Assembly: GCA_013239625.1 (NCBI GenBank) | Contig: MU054541.1 | Location: forward strand, 16,776,567-16,840,566 | From: Lama guanicoe | Lineage: Eukaryota | Direction of reading: 5' to 3' | Length of the DNA: 64,000 nucleotides | In this document: one piece after another, positions 1 through 12,822 of the stretch | Layout: each line of letters begins with the position of its first letter | How positions within the stretch are numbered: position 1 is the first letter of the stretch | The notes under the pieces: generated by a model | Seen by the model: the letters and a program-made list of their open reading frames with translations, nothing else | What the model was told of the DNA's origin: nothing | Databases searched by the model: none | Program-made: the position numbers and the translations under genes

Positions 1-3000
1 CTGCTTCCTTTCTTTCCTTGGGATCCCGTTGCACGGTTCAGATGTGGCATTTCAATTAGAAGAAGAGAGGCTGTGGGTAGTTTTTCTTCGGCCTTTCAAG
101 CCCCATTTGGGGGCCCGTTTCCTTCATTGATTGTTCTTTGTTCAAAGGGACAAACATTAGAAATCCTCTTGGAATATTAGAGCCCAGAATTCCCCCGAGC
201 CCTCCGTGGTCGTGAGTGATGTGACATGTGACAGACAGAAGAGTAAGTTTCGTCATGCTGCCATTTCAAGGGAGAAAGCCTCCTGTTCTCTGTGACAGAC
301 GTCCCTCTTTCTGGGTTGATGTCTGTATGGTGCCATTTATTTGGATGTGGGCCAGTAATGACTGATTTCAAATGCCCTGCTCTTGATTTTCTTCTGCTGA
401 TTGTGTATTTATACGTATTTATCTTCACCTCATCTCTTAATACGGTGAGTACGCATCTAATACGTTTCTTAAAATCATTCAGGACATTTTGAAAACCTCC
501 CTGAGCTCACACAGTCTTTTCTCCTGTGTCTTACTTACCCTTGGAGTCTGCTGGTCACCTTCTTGTGTTAGATTGTGGTGTTCTGTGTTTGCAGACATCC
601 CTGAGCTGTCTAGAGCTGCAGGTTCTGCAGCAGAGATGGGTTTGAAGTCACTGTACACAACAGAATGAAGCAGGTTTTAAAAAACGAAATTCTGTAAAAA
701 AGTTGAAGGTGATTTGTGGAAAACCAGACACTTGGGGGGCGCGGCATGTACCACCGGCCGCTCCGCTTACCCAACGCCCGGCTTCCAGGTGTCTGACCAG
801 CCCGCGCGGCCCGCAGTGCAGCGGGCTCTGGCAGTTCTGCTTGGAGTGACGCAGGCACAGCCAGAAGCTTCCCGGGCTCTGGGCTGGCGCGCGTGGCACA
901 GATGCCCGGCCTTTAACGTCACGTCCCTGAGGCACGTGCAACTTCCCAGAGCTTCAGGCTGGGAGTCTTGGAACCTTCTCTGGCTTTGCCAGCAGTTAGT
1001 TATAGGCCCTAAGATCTCTGAAGTGTGGTTTTCCAAACCACTGGTTCCTACGTCTCACTGAACGTGCAGAGGTGACGATCCCCACCCCTCGAGGTTCTGG
1101 GACGCGGGAAGTACGTGTACGGGGCGCCACCTCGGAGGCGCCGCTCCCTGAGGAGTCGGGCTGGCCGCTGCTCACCTGCGGCTTCATCGATGGGAGTCGG
1201 GAAGGGCAGAGCGTGGGCTCTGCGTAGTTCAGGAACGGACGGCCCCGCATGTGCTCTCAGATGTGACAGGCGGTCAAAAGTGGAACTAGGTTCGAACTCA
1301 ACCACTTTCCTCACTTACCAGGTTTGAAAATAATACCCAAGTCGGTGGACTGTTGCACGAAATACCGGACGTAAAATGGGAGCAGTGAGCCAGTGCTTTC
1401 AGCTTGCTGCCTGCTTCGTTTTCACAAACTCAGTCACCAACCCGGCTGCTTGCTTTTCTGGCGAAGCAGGTGAGAGAGAAAGCAGAAACCAGAGCACGAC
1501 CCCAGGAAATGCATGGCCGGTCGGGGCCCTTCCGAGCCCAGGTGGGCGCCGGAGGGGCACGTGGCTGGAGCGTCGGGAGCTGAGCGAACATTTGGCAGGG
1601 TTCTCAGGAAGAGCTTGGAGCACTGGTGGTCTGAGACTCATTCCAGAGCTAAAATATTTTGGTCTTTTTTCTGAATTGAGCCATTTTCTAGTACCATGGC
1701 CTGTGGGTGTGGCTTGAGGAAAACGTAAGCTAAGTTCCTAACTTTCAGCCTGGTGCCTGTGACACGCGCTTCTCTCTTCTCCAGCGGTACAGACTGTTAG
1801 CGTCTCAGCCCCTGACCCGCGAGCTCAGGGTGAGCTGTGAGTCACGCAGCCCCCGTCACGGGCAGCGGTCAAAGAGGTGCCGGGACAGCCTGACGACTGC
1901 GTCACTGTACAGCCCGCTCCAGAGTCCCTTCTGTATCAGGTCGTCCCCGCCGCTGCCGAGGAAGAAGAGCCTGACACGTCAGCGTGAGAAGTGATGCTTT
2001 GAACACTCACATCCAGCCGCATGTTAAAGTTATTAATCAAGAATGCATATGGGAAGCAGTAGGGATGTTTTGTATTTGTAAAAACGACGTTGAAAATAGT
2101 TTCCTTCTGAGATTTAGCGCCAAGAAGATGCTTCAGCTTTCTGAGGAGCCGACGCACATCGTCTTAACCAGACAGTGGGAGAGGGTGGGATGGTGTCTGA
2201 GCTCATCATTCTCTTCTATTTCTGAAGCATTTTTGGTGTAAATAGGGTGTGAATTACAAGGTTTGGAATTCGTACTTCAGAAGAAAATGGGGTAGAAATT
2301 ACAACTTTTCAAATATTCTGAAATCAAACAAAATAATAAAACGAGGTCACAGTGTGCTTTCTTTACAAGACATGGTAGTGAGCATTTAAGGTTTTATGTC
2401 TAAGTTGCAGATGGACCAGAAAAGAGCCGCGTAACCAGACACACGGGAAGCGGGAATACTCCCATTGGCACAGCTGAGTTAACTGCTTGTCTGAGAACCC
2501 TCCTGTTACGTGAGCATTTTTTCCCCCGAAATGTAGCACTTTCTAATGTCATCAGCTTAACTGTGAAGACAGTGCAGATGGCTCTAAACTTCAAACCACG
2601 AGAAGAAGTGAAAAGTTTAGGCCCTTTTATGAGAAAACCAAGTAAATTTGAGAACATAGTGAGGGAACGGAGTGTAATCCCACATTCAAGAGAACGTGGA
2701 CAGAAAGTGAGAAGTCGCAAGGGGATGTTAATTAACTTCAAGGGTAAGTTTCTCATGGAATTTTTTGTTCTAAATCACCAGGGAGGCAGTGTTTTCCAGA
2801 GGTGCGCGCGCTCAGACCCGTGAGAGAACGCCATTGCTTTTAATTAGGAGGACGCTTTTGGTGCGTTAGAACGGTGTCATTTTGAGCTGCTGTTTCTTCA
2901 GTGAGCCGCGCACTCTGTGTTCCCCACAGAGAGAGCGAGAGGACACCTTGCGGGGGGGGGGCCTTCCTGGGCTAGGTGCACCCCCGGGGACGCTGAGCCC

Positions 3001-3829
3001 CTGCCGTGCACACCTTGAGACTCTGGACGACTCCACCCCATCACAACTTGCTCAAAATCAGCCTCAAAAATTTAAAAAGTTGCTCAAAATTTATTATTTT
3101 GTGTTATATTTTGAAGAGTACAAATACCAGTCTACATGAAACCTTCTTTTCCCTTCTGTCACTTCTTTTCTACCTCTAGGAAAAGTCACAAGACGGGACA
3201 TTACTTAACAGCGGGTTGGGGTGTCCCCTCAGGGAAACTTACACTGAAGTGTGCAGTTCAAAACTCGTCTAGGCTCGAGGGCAGAGAATTCGCGGTCTCC
3301 CCTGGGGCTGCCCTCCTGCCTGCTCCGAACGCTGTGATTGATAACTTCACGCACTTCGGGTTCATGTAAATTAATTTAAAGGTCGGGCTGATGTATTTTT
3401 GTGATGATTGATGTATTGGGGGAAGTTAAATACTTTGCTAACTTTTTGGTTACAGGATGGAAAGGGTGGTAGAAAATGATTGGTGGGCAGACACAGCAAA
3501 ATGATGTTGAAAAGTGTGTTTTCAGTTAAGATAGGGAAAATACATAAGTAAAACAGAATAAAAACATATGTCAAAATTCACTTTCAGGTTTACCTATTAA
3601 TAAATAGAAGTCGGTTTTGAGGCAGCTGTTAAGACTGCGTTGCTATGAACAGAGATCAGGACCAGTTCTCCTCCTTCACCCCGAAGCCAGGGGCTCGGGT
3701 GATTTCTGTCTGTCTGTCCGTCCGTGCAGCCGGGTGGAGGTGGCGGGCGCAGCAGAGCTGTTCTCACTGCAGCTGGTTGTGCTTTTCTGGAGCTCAGGAG
3801 ATTGTTGAACTAGAGGCGTGGGTTTAGGG

Positions 3830-4200
3830 GTGATTAGCGTGTAAGGGGAACTGAATGTGAAGAAGTCAGTCTGGCAGAGAGAGCTCTATGGGGAGGAGGT
3901 GGTCTTTGGGAAGACCAGGAGGTAAGGGTGTCCTGGGTGGGAAGGGCCTGGCTAAGGGTGATGAGAGAAGTTCGGAGGAGAGTTAGGAGTTGATGGTGTC
4001 CAGAAACCACAGGAAGGGTGCATTTTAAGAAGCATGGAACAGTCTCATGTAGTGACAGCGTCAGAATTCTGCCGGCCGGAGCGGATCCAGCTGTCTGGAA
4101 GCCTTTCGTTGGAAGCGTGTGCCAACAGGCGTATCTCTGGTTTTCTCCGTGAGATTGGACACACTGGGTTTGGGGCTGGAGAAGACGAATGGTTGGGTTT
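3830..4200 (-). mobile_element. LINE-2 (L2) relic
   Basis: Purine-rich degenerate sequence resembling the reverse strand of L2 (e.g. gatggtgtccagaaaccacaggaagggtgcattttaagaag). Boundaries approximate. Confidence 0.5.
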
Positions 4201-7200
4201 TAGTCGGATTAATGGAAGATCAGGAGGTGAGGGCTTGGTCCTGGTAGGATGAGTAAGGAAAACACAGGCTTTCCCCACCCAGTCTTAGCGCAATTTCTCA
4301 TAGACGGTAAGCCAGCAGAAACGACCACTGTGAACCTTGGTTTCGCATGTTCAGGGGCCAGTTGATTTAGGCTGTAAACTCCCGTGTCTGTCCACGCCAT
4401 GCCACACGAATTGTCTCTCCTCTTTCCTTCTGAGCTGAAATCATGGAGGAGCAGTCATTCTCGGTGGGGTGAGCAGCGCCGTGGGCTGGCCGGCTGACTT
4501 CCTTGCCCCTCGCTCGGCCTGTGCGGTTGGCTCCCAGAATGCTGGTGATACTCACCATCGTGCACAGGGCCCTGTGTTTTGAGGTAATTTAAAACCTTAT
4601 TAATCCAGGCCCCACTGAGTCAGGATTTGAGCAATTCCAGACACAGGCTTATTAAAACTCACCGTAACAGTCTCTGAAAAAAAGTTCCACTGAGCAAACT
4701 AATAGTGCAAACAAGACTTTAGCAAGAATGTTCAAAGTACTTAAAACAGGGCTTTGTTTATAAGCACCCGTAAGTACTTCTTAAGTACGTTAGAAGCTCT
4801 CACTGACTTATAAACTATCCACGCACTCATTGCAGATCACCCTTATCTCGTTATTGAATCTGTGGATTGATACTTGGCAAGATTTTATTAGTCTAATTCC
4901 AGTTGCTGTGTGTTGTAGACAGTTTTCAGCAGCTGATGTCAAACATTAGCGCAAATAATTTTCTAAAGAGCGGTGGTAAATCCAAACACCAAAAACCCAT
5001 CGAGAGCGCGCTTAAAATTCAAATCCGTCTTTGTACTCCTGGCTGTTCTGTCCCACGGTCCTGACTGCCATTAGCCCTGCACTCTGCACGCGCAGTTTTC
5101 AGAACTGTCAGTGATTCCTTCCTGACTGACGGTCCCAGAAGCCCAGAACTCGGTATCAGCCACGAGGCCGGTGGTGTTTCAGGAAGCGTCCGTCAGTGAG
5201 AGTATCGGACCCGCCACAGAGGGTGGTGGAGTCTCTGCGTCAAGTCCTCTGCGTCCGGAGCCCAGGGGCTGTCCGGGTTCCCCAGTGTAAAGATTATCTT
5301 CTATCACTTGGAAGGACTTGTGATGAGAACGACTTTAATTTTTTGAATTAGCTAACATTATAGTAAATTGCTAAGTGATTGTAAAATTCAAAAAATGACA
5401 AAATTCTGCTGTCAAGCTTCGAGCTGCGTTGCGGTTGCCGCGGCGGCCGTCGTGGGGAAGGGAGAAGGAACGGTGGCTCCCTGACGGGCCCGCCCTGCTG
5501 GCGCGCACTGAGCCCCACGACCAGAAAAGGTGCTTTGGAAAACTGGCTGCTGGAAACCTCGTCTGCCCTGGTGGGGGCCAGCGTGGGTGACTGGCAGATA
5601 GTCCCTAAGCCGTGGGTCCCAGAGGTTGCCCTGTGGGGTGCCCTTTCAGCAACATTCTCTAAAAAGGGTTAATACGTAATTTAAAATGGAGAGATACGCT
5701 CCCAGATGCGTTTTATTTCAGTGCCCACTGAGCCACTGAGTGCTTTGTACTCTTGAAGAGAAGGGCCTCTGGTGGCAAGCTGAATTGCAGCCGTGGAAGA
5801 TCTAGTTACGTGGTGTGCAGCACAGGGCATTACGCGAGTATATCATCGGGTCTCAGTGTAACATGTGGCGCAGATGTCGAAAATGTCAAAATACAAATGC
5901 CTACAACCGCTCTCGACCAGAAGTCTACGGCAAAATAACCTTCCTGGGCAAACGCAGCGTTGGAAAGGGGTCAGAATACACAGGCTTTGGTGCAGTTGTA
6001 GCTTAGAATGATGGCCGTGGCCCTGACCTGGGGCAGTGCTTTCCCTTCCCCTCGAGAGGCATCGAGTCAGCCCTGAGAGGACTTGATCCCTCCCTGGTCC
6101 CCGGCGGGCCTCAGTGTGGCCGCCGCGCCGCAGGGGGACCCCTCCGAGGCGGGGAGTGCGCGGCGCAGCCGCTCCGGTCGGGGAGGACGCCTGCCCCGTG
6201 TGGCGCCTCGCTGCCAGCGGCCTGTCCGACTCCGGGGAGGGCCCTTGGGATTTGCTGCTGTTGCCACTCGGAAGTGTTGCTTCCCCTTGTGTCACAGATC
6301 CTCGTGGGGTTGGGTCGGGTATGATGACCAGGGCTCTCTGCACGGACGGCTTAGTGAGCAGAGTGCTTGCTGGGCGTTCAGTTTGGCAGTGCTTAGACTC
6401 CTTGGAATTGTAAGTAAATTATTTTATTTATGGTTTCTCAATTTGCAGAATTGCAATAATATGCGTCCTCTCCTTACCTCAAAGGGGTTTAAGGGAGATA
6501 ATATCTAAAACCTCCGTGGGCTCGTGCGGCCGCCGCAGAGACAAACGATACCGCCCTCTGTCAGCGGCAGTACCAGCCTGGCTCACCCCGCGTACGGACT
6601 GACTGCGGCTCGGCAGTGAATCTTTCCCCGTGTGGCCCCCAATTGTCATCCTGACGCCCCTTCGCAGGGACGTTAGCTCAGAAAGCGTTCACTTAATCAT
6701 CGAGCTGTTGTAGAAGGCGGCCTTGTGTTGGCCGGGAGTCTGCATAGTCAGACAGGCCCTGTGCATTGGAGGTACTCTTAATTTTTCCATGACTTTTGTT
6801 AGTTGGAACGCAGGTTCACAGACGCTCCACCTTTTCAAAACAACCTGCATACCGAGAGCTTCTCCACAGCTGGGTAAGACTGATAGACGTCTTTTCTGGC
6901 GTTATTTCAAAATGCCACTAAAAGCCATTGACTCATGCACTTTAAATGGGGGAGCTGTGAATTAAATCTCCAGTTGCGAACATGTGATTGCAGTTTGATA
7001 AAGCCGCTGCTTTTAAAAAGTAGGGCTGAGCAACTGTGTGACTCCCCAGCACAGAACGGTCACCACGTGGAAAGGCGACGTCGTCTGACAAGCCCTCTGG
7101 GCCCCGCCTCCCCCTCCCCCGCCTGCGGTCCGCCCTCCTCCCTTGTCCACAGAGCCTGCCCCGCCCTGTTGCGGCGGATTCAGGGAAGCCTCGGTGCTTC

Positions 7201-7599
7201 TGAGCCCTCCACGTGTGCGCTCTTCCCAGATATTTGGTGGCCCGCCGTCTCGCTCCCGTGAGGTCTCTGTTGGGATGGCACCTCTCAGCAGGCAGAGACG
7301 CTGCGTGTCACCCGTCACTGGGAGGGACCCAAACCTGACTCCCAGGCTCTTTAAAGCCTCTGGAGCCCCTCGGCCCACCCCATGGTGCCTGAGCTCCCTG
7401 CCTGCCAGATGCCACCCCGTCCTGCTGGTGGCCCCGCCATGACCACCTGCCCTCGGCTGTCCCTTCACTTTCTAACACGAAACCTGTTCAGAGCTAACCC
7501 ACTCTCCTGCCTCCGTTTCTCCCTCCCCAACTTCACTTATTTATTCTTCTAAGACTTAGTTGAAATCCTCCAAATAAACTTGTATTGTCTAATTCTGCT

Positions 7600-9080
7600 T
7601 GAATTTCTGATTATTTTCATTGTAAACACTTGTAAGCTAATGTGTTTTGTGTCCACAACATTTTGTCTTTTTTATACCCTGCTTTTAAAACTGTATAAAA
7701 TACCTTTTTTCCAGTTTATGCTCTTTTCTGGAATTAGATGTACAGTTGATGTTAGTGTTTCTGCTTTCTACTTTGTTAGCATTTGTTTTCCCCTTGTTTC
7801 CAGTCTTTCTGCTTCGTATTTTGGGCATTTGTCTTGATACTTAATTAAAAATTTAAAGGACTCAAAGGACTTTGGAGTCTTAGAGGAGTTCAAGGCACTC
7901 ACATTTGTTTGACTACTGACCTGTTTGTCCCAAAGCCTGCCATCGTGGTTTACGTTTTTGGAGACTTGTTGTGCTTTCTCCTTCTTTCCTTGTTTCTGAC
8001 GGCTCTCACTCACCTCCTCTTCTCGGAGCTGTGGCCCGCCCCCAGCTGTGGGAGCTCTGCATTCCAGCTCCGCTTTGCTCCTTGTTTCTCATAAGAATAC
8101 TTGAAACTATGAATTCCAGGAATTTAATAGTATCCGCGTCTCACTGCGTCCTTGCCAAGGATAAAAGGAAATTTCGTGCATGCTTTTTGCTTATCTGCTC
8201 TTTCCCACTTGAATCCTAGGTTTTTAGAAATCATCTATATTTTAAATACTAGATCAGATTTTTTTTACATTGTACCTTTTAAGTTTTAATATCTTTCCGA
8301 ACAACTGCAGCCAATTCCACAGCTGCATTATCAAACGTGGTTTGGGCTAATTATGATTTTCATGGTCTTCATTGCTTGCTGCTCGCTGCTTGAATCATTC
8401 GTTGGGTTTTTTTCCTTCTGAAATGCGGCCACAAGTACTCTTGCTGGAGAAGAGTGCATTGGTGGGTGCTTTCTGAGGACTTTCACTTTTGAGCATGGTT
8501 TCATCTTCACGTTTAATGTTACATTGTGTTTCAGCTCTGGTCACAGTCCTTTCCCTCAGATTGTACGCTTCTTGCTCCGCCGTCTTTAGCGTTTAGACAC
8601 TGTTTACAGAGCCTCTTCCCCGTCCCTCCCCAGCTGCCCGGGGCTCCCGGCGACCCCTCCTCGTTTGGCACTTGGAAATGCCCACGTCCGGGCGGCCTGG
8701 GCTCTGCTCCCTAGGGACGATTTCCCTGTGGCTGGAGGCCCCTCTGTCCTCGTGGGGTCCAGAGCCGCGGCCCCGGCTGTAACAGGTGTGCTTCTTGTTT
8801 GTCTCTCGTCAGTTTCCTGCACATCCTGGGGGATTAGAGTTGGTTGCAGGCCAAGACTTTGGTTTTCTTCCGTGTTTCGCTTGATTACCTGAAGTCTCCA
8901 GCGAGCATCCTGGCTGAGCAGTGGTGTTTTCATTTCCTCCAGCTCTTCCTTGGTCCTTCGTCGTTCCCAGTTTTTTCACAGTACCCCGTCCTGGTGCTGA
9001 GCTGACGCCCTGAGGGAGGGCCTTTTCCCTGAATCACTCGGTTTGCCCCCTCCTGGTTCTGCGCACTGACCCTCCGGTGC
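7600..9080 (-). mobile_element. Ancient L1 (L1M/HAL1-like) 5'/ORF1-region relic
   Basis: T-rich tract. 8420-8620 resembles the reverse complement of old L1 ORF1 (cttgctggagaagagtgcattggtgggtgctttctgagg...gctccgccgtctttagcg). Confidence 0.5.
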
Positions 9081-9879
9081 GGCCTGTGATTCTTCACTGC
9101 CGGGTCGTTTGCACGGAAGGTGTGAACTGATCAGGGTTGGTGGGGGACCCCGCCCTCAGTGGGTTGGGAGTCTCTGCTCTCCCCTGGGGCCTCTGCCCAC
9201 CAAATGGTCAATGGGGATAAACTCCACAGGGGTCCACAGGCCAAAAGGGGGCTTCCCCTCCAGGTGTGACGCCTGGGAACGGGCGAGGCCGCAGCCCCTT
9301 CTAGGAAGCCCCCAGGATGTTGAATGGGACATCTTCTGTTTCTGCAGGACGGGTGATCTGTGCCCACAGCAGAGCGCCTCGAGGGGCGAGGTCTAGATTG
9401 ATAAGGTCAGCAGCTGCGCCCCCCCCCCCTTCCTGGGACTCAGAACTCACACTTTCTCTCTCCCTCCACAACCACCTCTCCCCGCCATCAGAGCAGACTG
9501 TGTAGGAAGTGGGGAGTCATCAGGCAGGGGCCTCGGCCTCCTGGGGCTGCCATGGCCCTTCCCTCCTCTCACCAAGCTCAGAGGGGCGGGTGTCACAGGA
9601 ACTGCCTGGGAAATTGGTGCTGCTCCAGGAAAGACTGCATCTCAGTTCTGGGTTGGAAATCTGTGTAGGTGATGAGGCTGGAGCTCTTGGTTGTCCCCCG
9701 TTCTCAGTTCTCCCCTTCTCAGTGATAGAATTCTGAATGTTTACTGAGTACATGTTCTTCTGTAATAATTATATTTCCAGCTCCCATTATAGCTAGGTGT
9801 GGGTGTGTGCGTGTGCGTGTTCACGTGTGCACACGTGTGTAACGAGGAAGGGAGGAATTATCTTTGTGGGATGGTGATG

Positions 9880-10075
9880 TCATGGCAGGAACCATGGCAG
9901 CCACTTTGCAGCAAGGGTTGGGAACCATATTATGTGGGTAGTGGAGCAGGACCCTTAATAGTTGTGGGGCTGCCAGACTAGCCTTGTCTCTAGCCTTTTG
10001 TAAGTGAAAGGGGAGCTTTCTTCTTGTATGAGCGTCTCTTTTCTATCACTTTCGTATGAGCCCAGTCCCAGCTAC
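9880..10075 (+). mobile_element. MLT1-family (ERVL-MaLR) LTR fragment
   Basis: ggcagccactttgcagc...gctgccagactagccttg...gtgaaagggagctttcttcttgtatgagc resembles the 3' half of old MLT1 LTRs. Confidence 0.4.
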
Positions 10076-12613
10076 TGGAGGCAGCCTCCCCGAGCAGAGT
10101 GGGAGAGAACTGGAGAGAAGTGGCAGGGCAGACAGGAAGGATAGCAGTGGAGGAGCCACCCTCTGGTCAGGAAGGCTGGCTGCCCAGCAGGGACACCCGG
10201 CACGGACAGACTGGGGTGTCCAGCTGAGGCAGCTGTCGGGGTGGGGAGTGGACCAGGAGAGGCGGGCTCAGAGCCAGACTCCCTGCTCGGGGAACTGTGC
10301 GGTGGTCCAGCGGCCCCAGGCCCCAGGCCCCTTGAAGGATTCACTTCAGCAAGTTACGCTGGAATCGTCGTGTGTCCACGTGCCACCCAGCAACCCAGCT
10401 GGTTGTTGGGTGGAGAGGCGGGAACTGTAACCCCGAGCAGTGAAGCAGGCCTGGGAAGGGGGAGTGTCCCTACAGCAGGTTGGGCCCTGCCCTGCAGTCA
10501 GAGGTGCTGGGTTGGAGGGAGGATCAGAGCAGAGCGCGTCTTGCCCACCCGTGCCTGGTGCCGCCGCCGGCCTGCCTCGGGGAGCGGCGGTGTCCGGAGG
10601 GCCCAGGAGGGTCCGGGACCTGCCTGCGGGGCTGCGAGTCCGTGGCCAGAGGTGGGATACTGGGAGGCGCCCGGTGGGGCGGCGGGGGAGGAGCTGCATC
10701 TCATGTTGGTTTCCGCAGGTGCACGGTCTCCATGGACCTGGGCCCCGTGGGAACGCTGCTGGGGGGAGTTGCTTCTCTTTCCCTGTCCTCCCTGAGACGC
10801 AGTAGTGGAACGTGTCGGCCACCCTCCGTGTCTGGAGGCTCCGACAGAGCCCCGAGCCTGTGGCTTTGTTCTGCCTTCACTCCCTCTCCTCACCCCGGGG
10901 CAGGGTCTGGGGGGCATCGGGTCACAGCTGCCTCGTCCAGCAGGGAGTGTCCCCAGGGCAGGGGAGCTGGGTGCAGGGGCTCCCACATCCCCTCTGCACC
11001 GATGGGCCTCGTCTCCATCGTCAGCGGTCTGTGGCCCCACATCTCAGAGCAGTTGTCCCTGCCAGGGGAGCCGGGGCATCACGGCCCTGGCCACCGGACT
11101 TCTGTGGCTCCTGTGGCCCATTTCTCCCTGGCCGTGTTGACAGCCAGGTGGCTGCTTTGGGCCTGCAAGCTCCTCCAGGACTGTGGGGTGACTGCCTGCC
11201 TGTGAGGTTTCACCCTCTGCGTGTGTCCCGTTCCTGGTAACTCGGCCCTGTCTGCTTTCCCCCATCAATCTGAGCACACACGAGTGAATGGAACGTGTTA
11301 CCTGCTGTGCTGTGTCAGTAAGCAGAGGATTCTGCAGCCATCGAGCCGTTGCCTGCGGCCGCCAGGATGCTGGGCCCCGAGGGCCTCAGGTGGGAAGCAC
11401 AGGACACTGGCCCTGGAGAGCCACAGTGCGCATCCCAGGAATGAAGTCAGTGAGCCCCAACTCCTGCATCCTCCGTGCAGGGGACGGCGCACGGTTCCTT
11501 AACTTGAGCCCACCTGGTCTTTAGCGAGCAGGACTCTCCTGATGTGCCGACTACCTGGTCGTGTTCCAGGACCTCCTCCCTCTCCTGGCTCCTCCCCTGC
11601 CTCGTCGGAGCTGCCCTTCCAGCCTGTGGGGGCGCCTCCGGGCTTCAGGGCTCAGAAGGGCCCCCAGCAAAACATAACTGACTTCTAGGTTGTGCTTTTC
11701 CTCCGTTGGCACATGCTTCGTGTTCAAGCGTTCTTTCATTTTCTTTTGTTAGGTGAGCCCTGCTTTGTGTTTCAGACTGCTTGCTGTTTGTCCTAATTTT
11801 ATGTCGCTGTGCTGATTTCAGAATGATTTCTTCTTTAAAGGGGAAGTACTCTGTGCCTCCGAGTGCCTGGTTTCCCCGGGCCCTTCCGCCTTCTGTCATG
11901 GCTCATCAGAAGTGCCACGACTGCTCGAGGCCCAGGCCCCTCGGGACGTGTTTACTGCCCCCACCCGGGCGTGTCGTCTCGCTTCCGGAGCTCTGACTGG
12001 GCCCTGAAGGGGTCTCAGCCTTGCTGTGTGTGTGTGTGGCCCTGGCTCCCTGCAGGCCTGTCACGGCGGAGACTGTTCCCAGAGCCTGCGCCGTGCCGGC
12101 TGGTGGTGTCCCCGTGCTTGCTGGGGCTCACTTACGGTGTGCCTTCTGACGCTCGGTGGAAGTCACACGCCGCAGGGTGTGGACTGTCGCCTGTCACTTC
12201 CCTCCCGGGGAGACGGAATCACTAAGACTCGCTCTCAGGAGGCGCAGCTGAGGCTTCGGTCCTCTCCTCTCACACGTCCGCTTCATGGCAAGATCGTCCC
12301 ATTTGTTTTGGTTGGAAGTCTGTGAGTGTGTTGTGTTCAGGGAGAGTAATTCAACTGTTTTTAGTGTAAAAAGAACAAGAAAATAAAGTAATGTGGGTTT
12401 TTATGTCTTGGGAGCCAAAGAATATGAGTACAAATTGAATGAACAAGAAACTTATTCAGATTCTAACTGTAATGTGTGCTTACAAAGCCCGTCTTTAAAT
12501 TCCTTCCTCGTAAGTTCCCTGTGCGTCCCGACAGCAGTTTCCATCGGGGGGCCTGTCAGAGGTCCGTCTCCACCTGCTTCCCAAGCCAGGAACTTAGGTC
12601 CAATGACTTGTAT

Positions 12614-12822
12614 CAGGAGGGTGTGGAGGTGAGGGGTCAGGGGTGGACAGGAGGGTGTGGAGGTGGGGGGGTCGGNNNNNNNNNNNNNNNNNNNNNNNNN
12701 NNNNNNNNNNNNNNNNNNNNNNNNNNNNNNNNNNNNNNNNNNNNNNNNNNNNNNNNNNNNNNNNNNNNNNNNNNNNNGGTCAGAGGTGGACGGGGGGGTG
12801 TGGACGGGGTTGGGGGACAGAG
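12614..12822. repeat. G-rich minisatellite (~34-bp unit caggagggtgtggaggtgaggggtcaggggtgga) spanning an assembly gap
   Basis: About two units visible before the N-run and a degenerate unit after it. Confidence 0.8.
12676..12777. other. Assembly gap (102 N)
   Basis: N-run inside the G-rich minisatellite. Confidence 0.99.

Noticed and set aside
10056-11502. Cluster of overlapping 100-240 aa ORFs on both strands
   Set aside because: Open in several frames at once with Gly/Ala/Pro/Arg-biased translation, typical of stop-poor GC-rich intron or degenerate LTR sequence.
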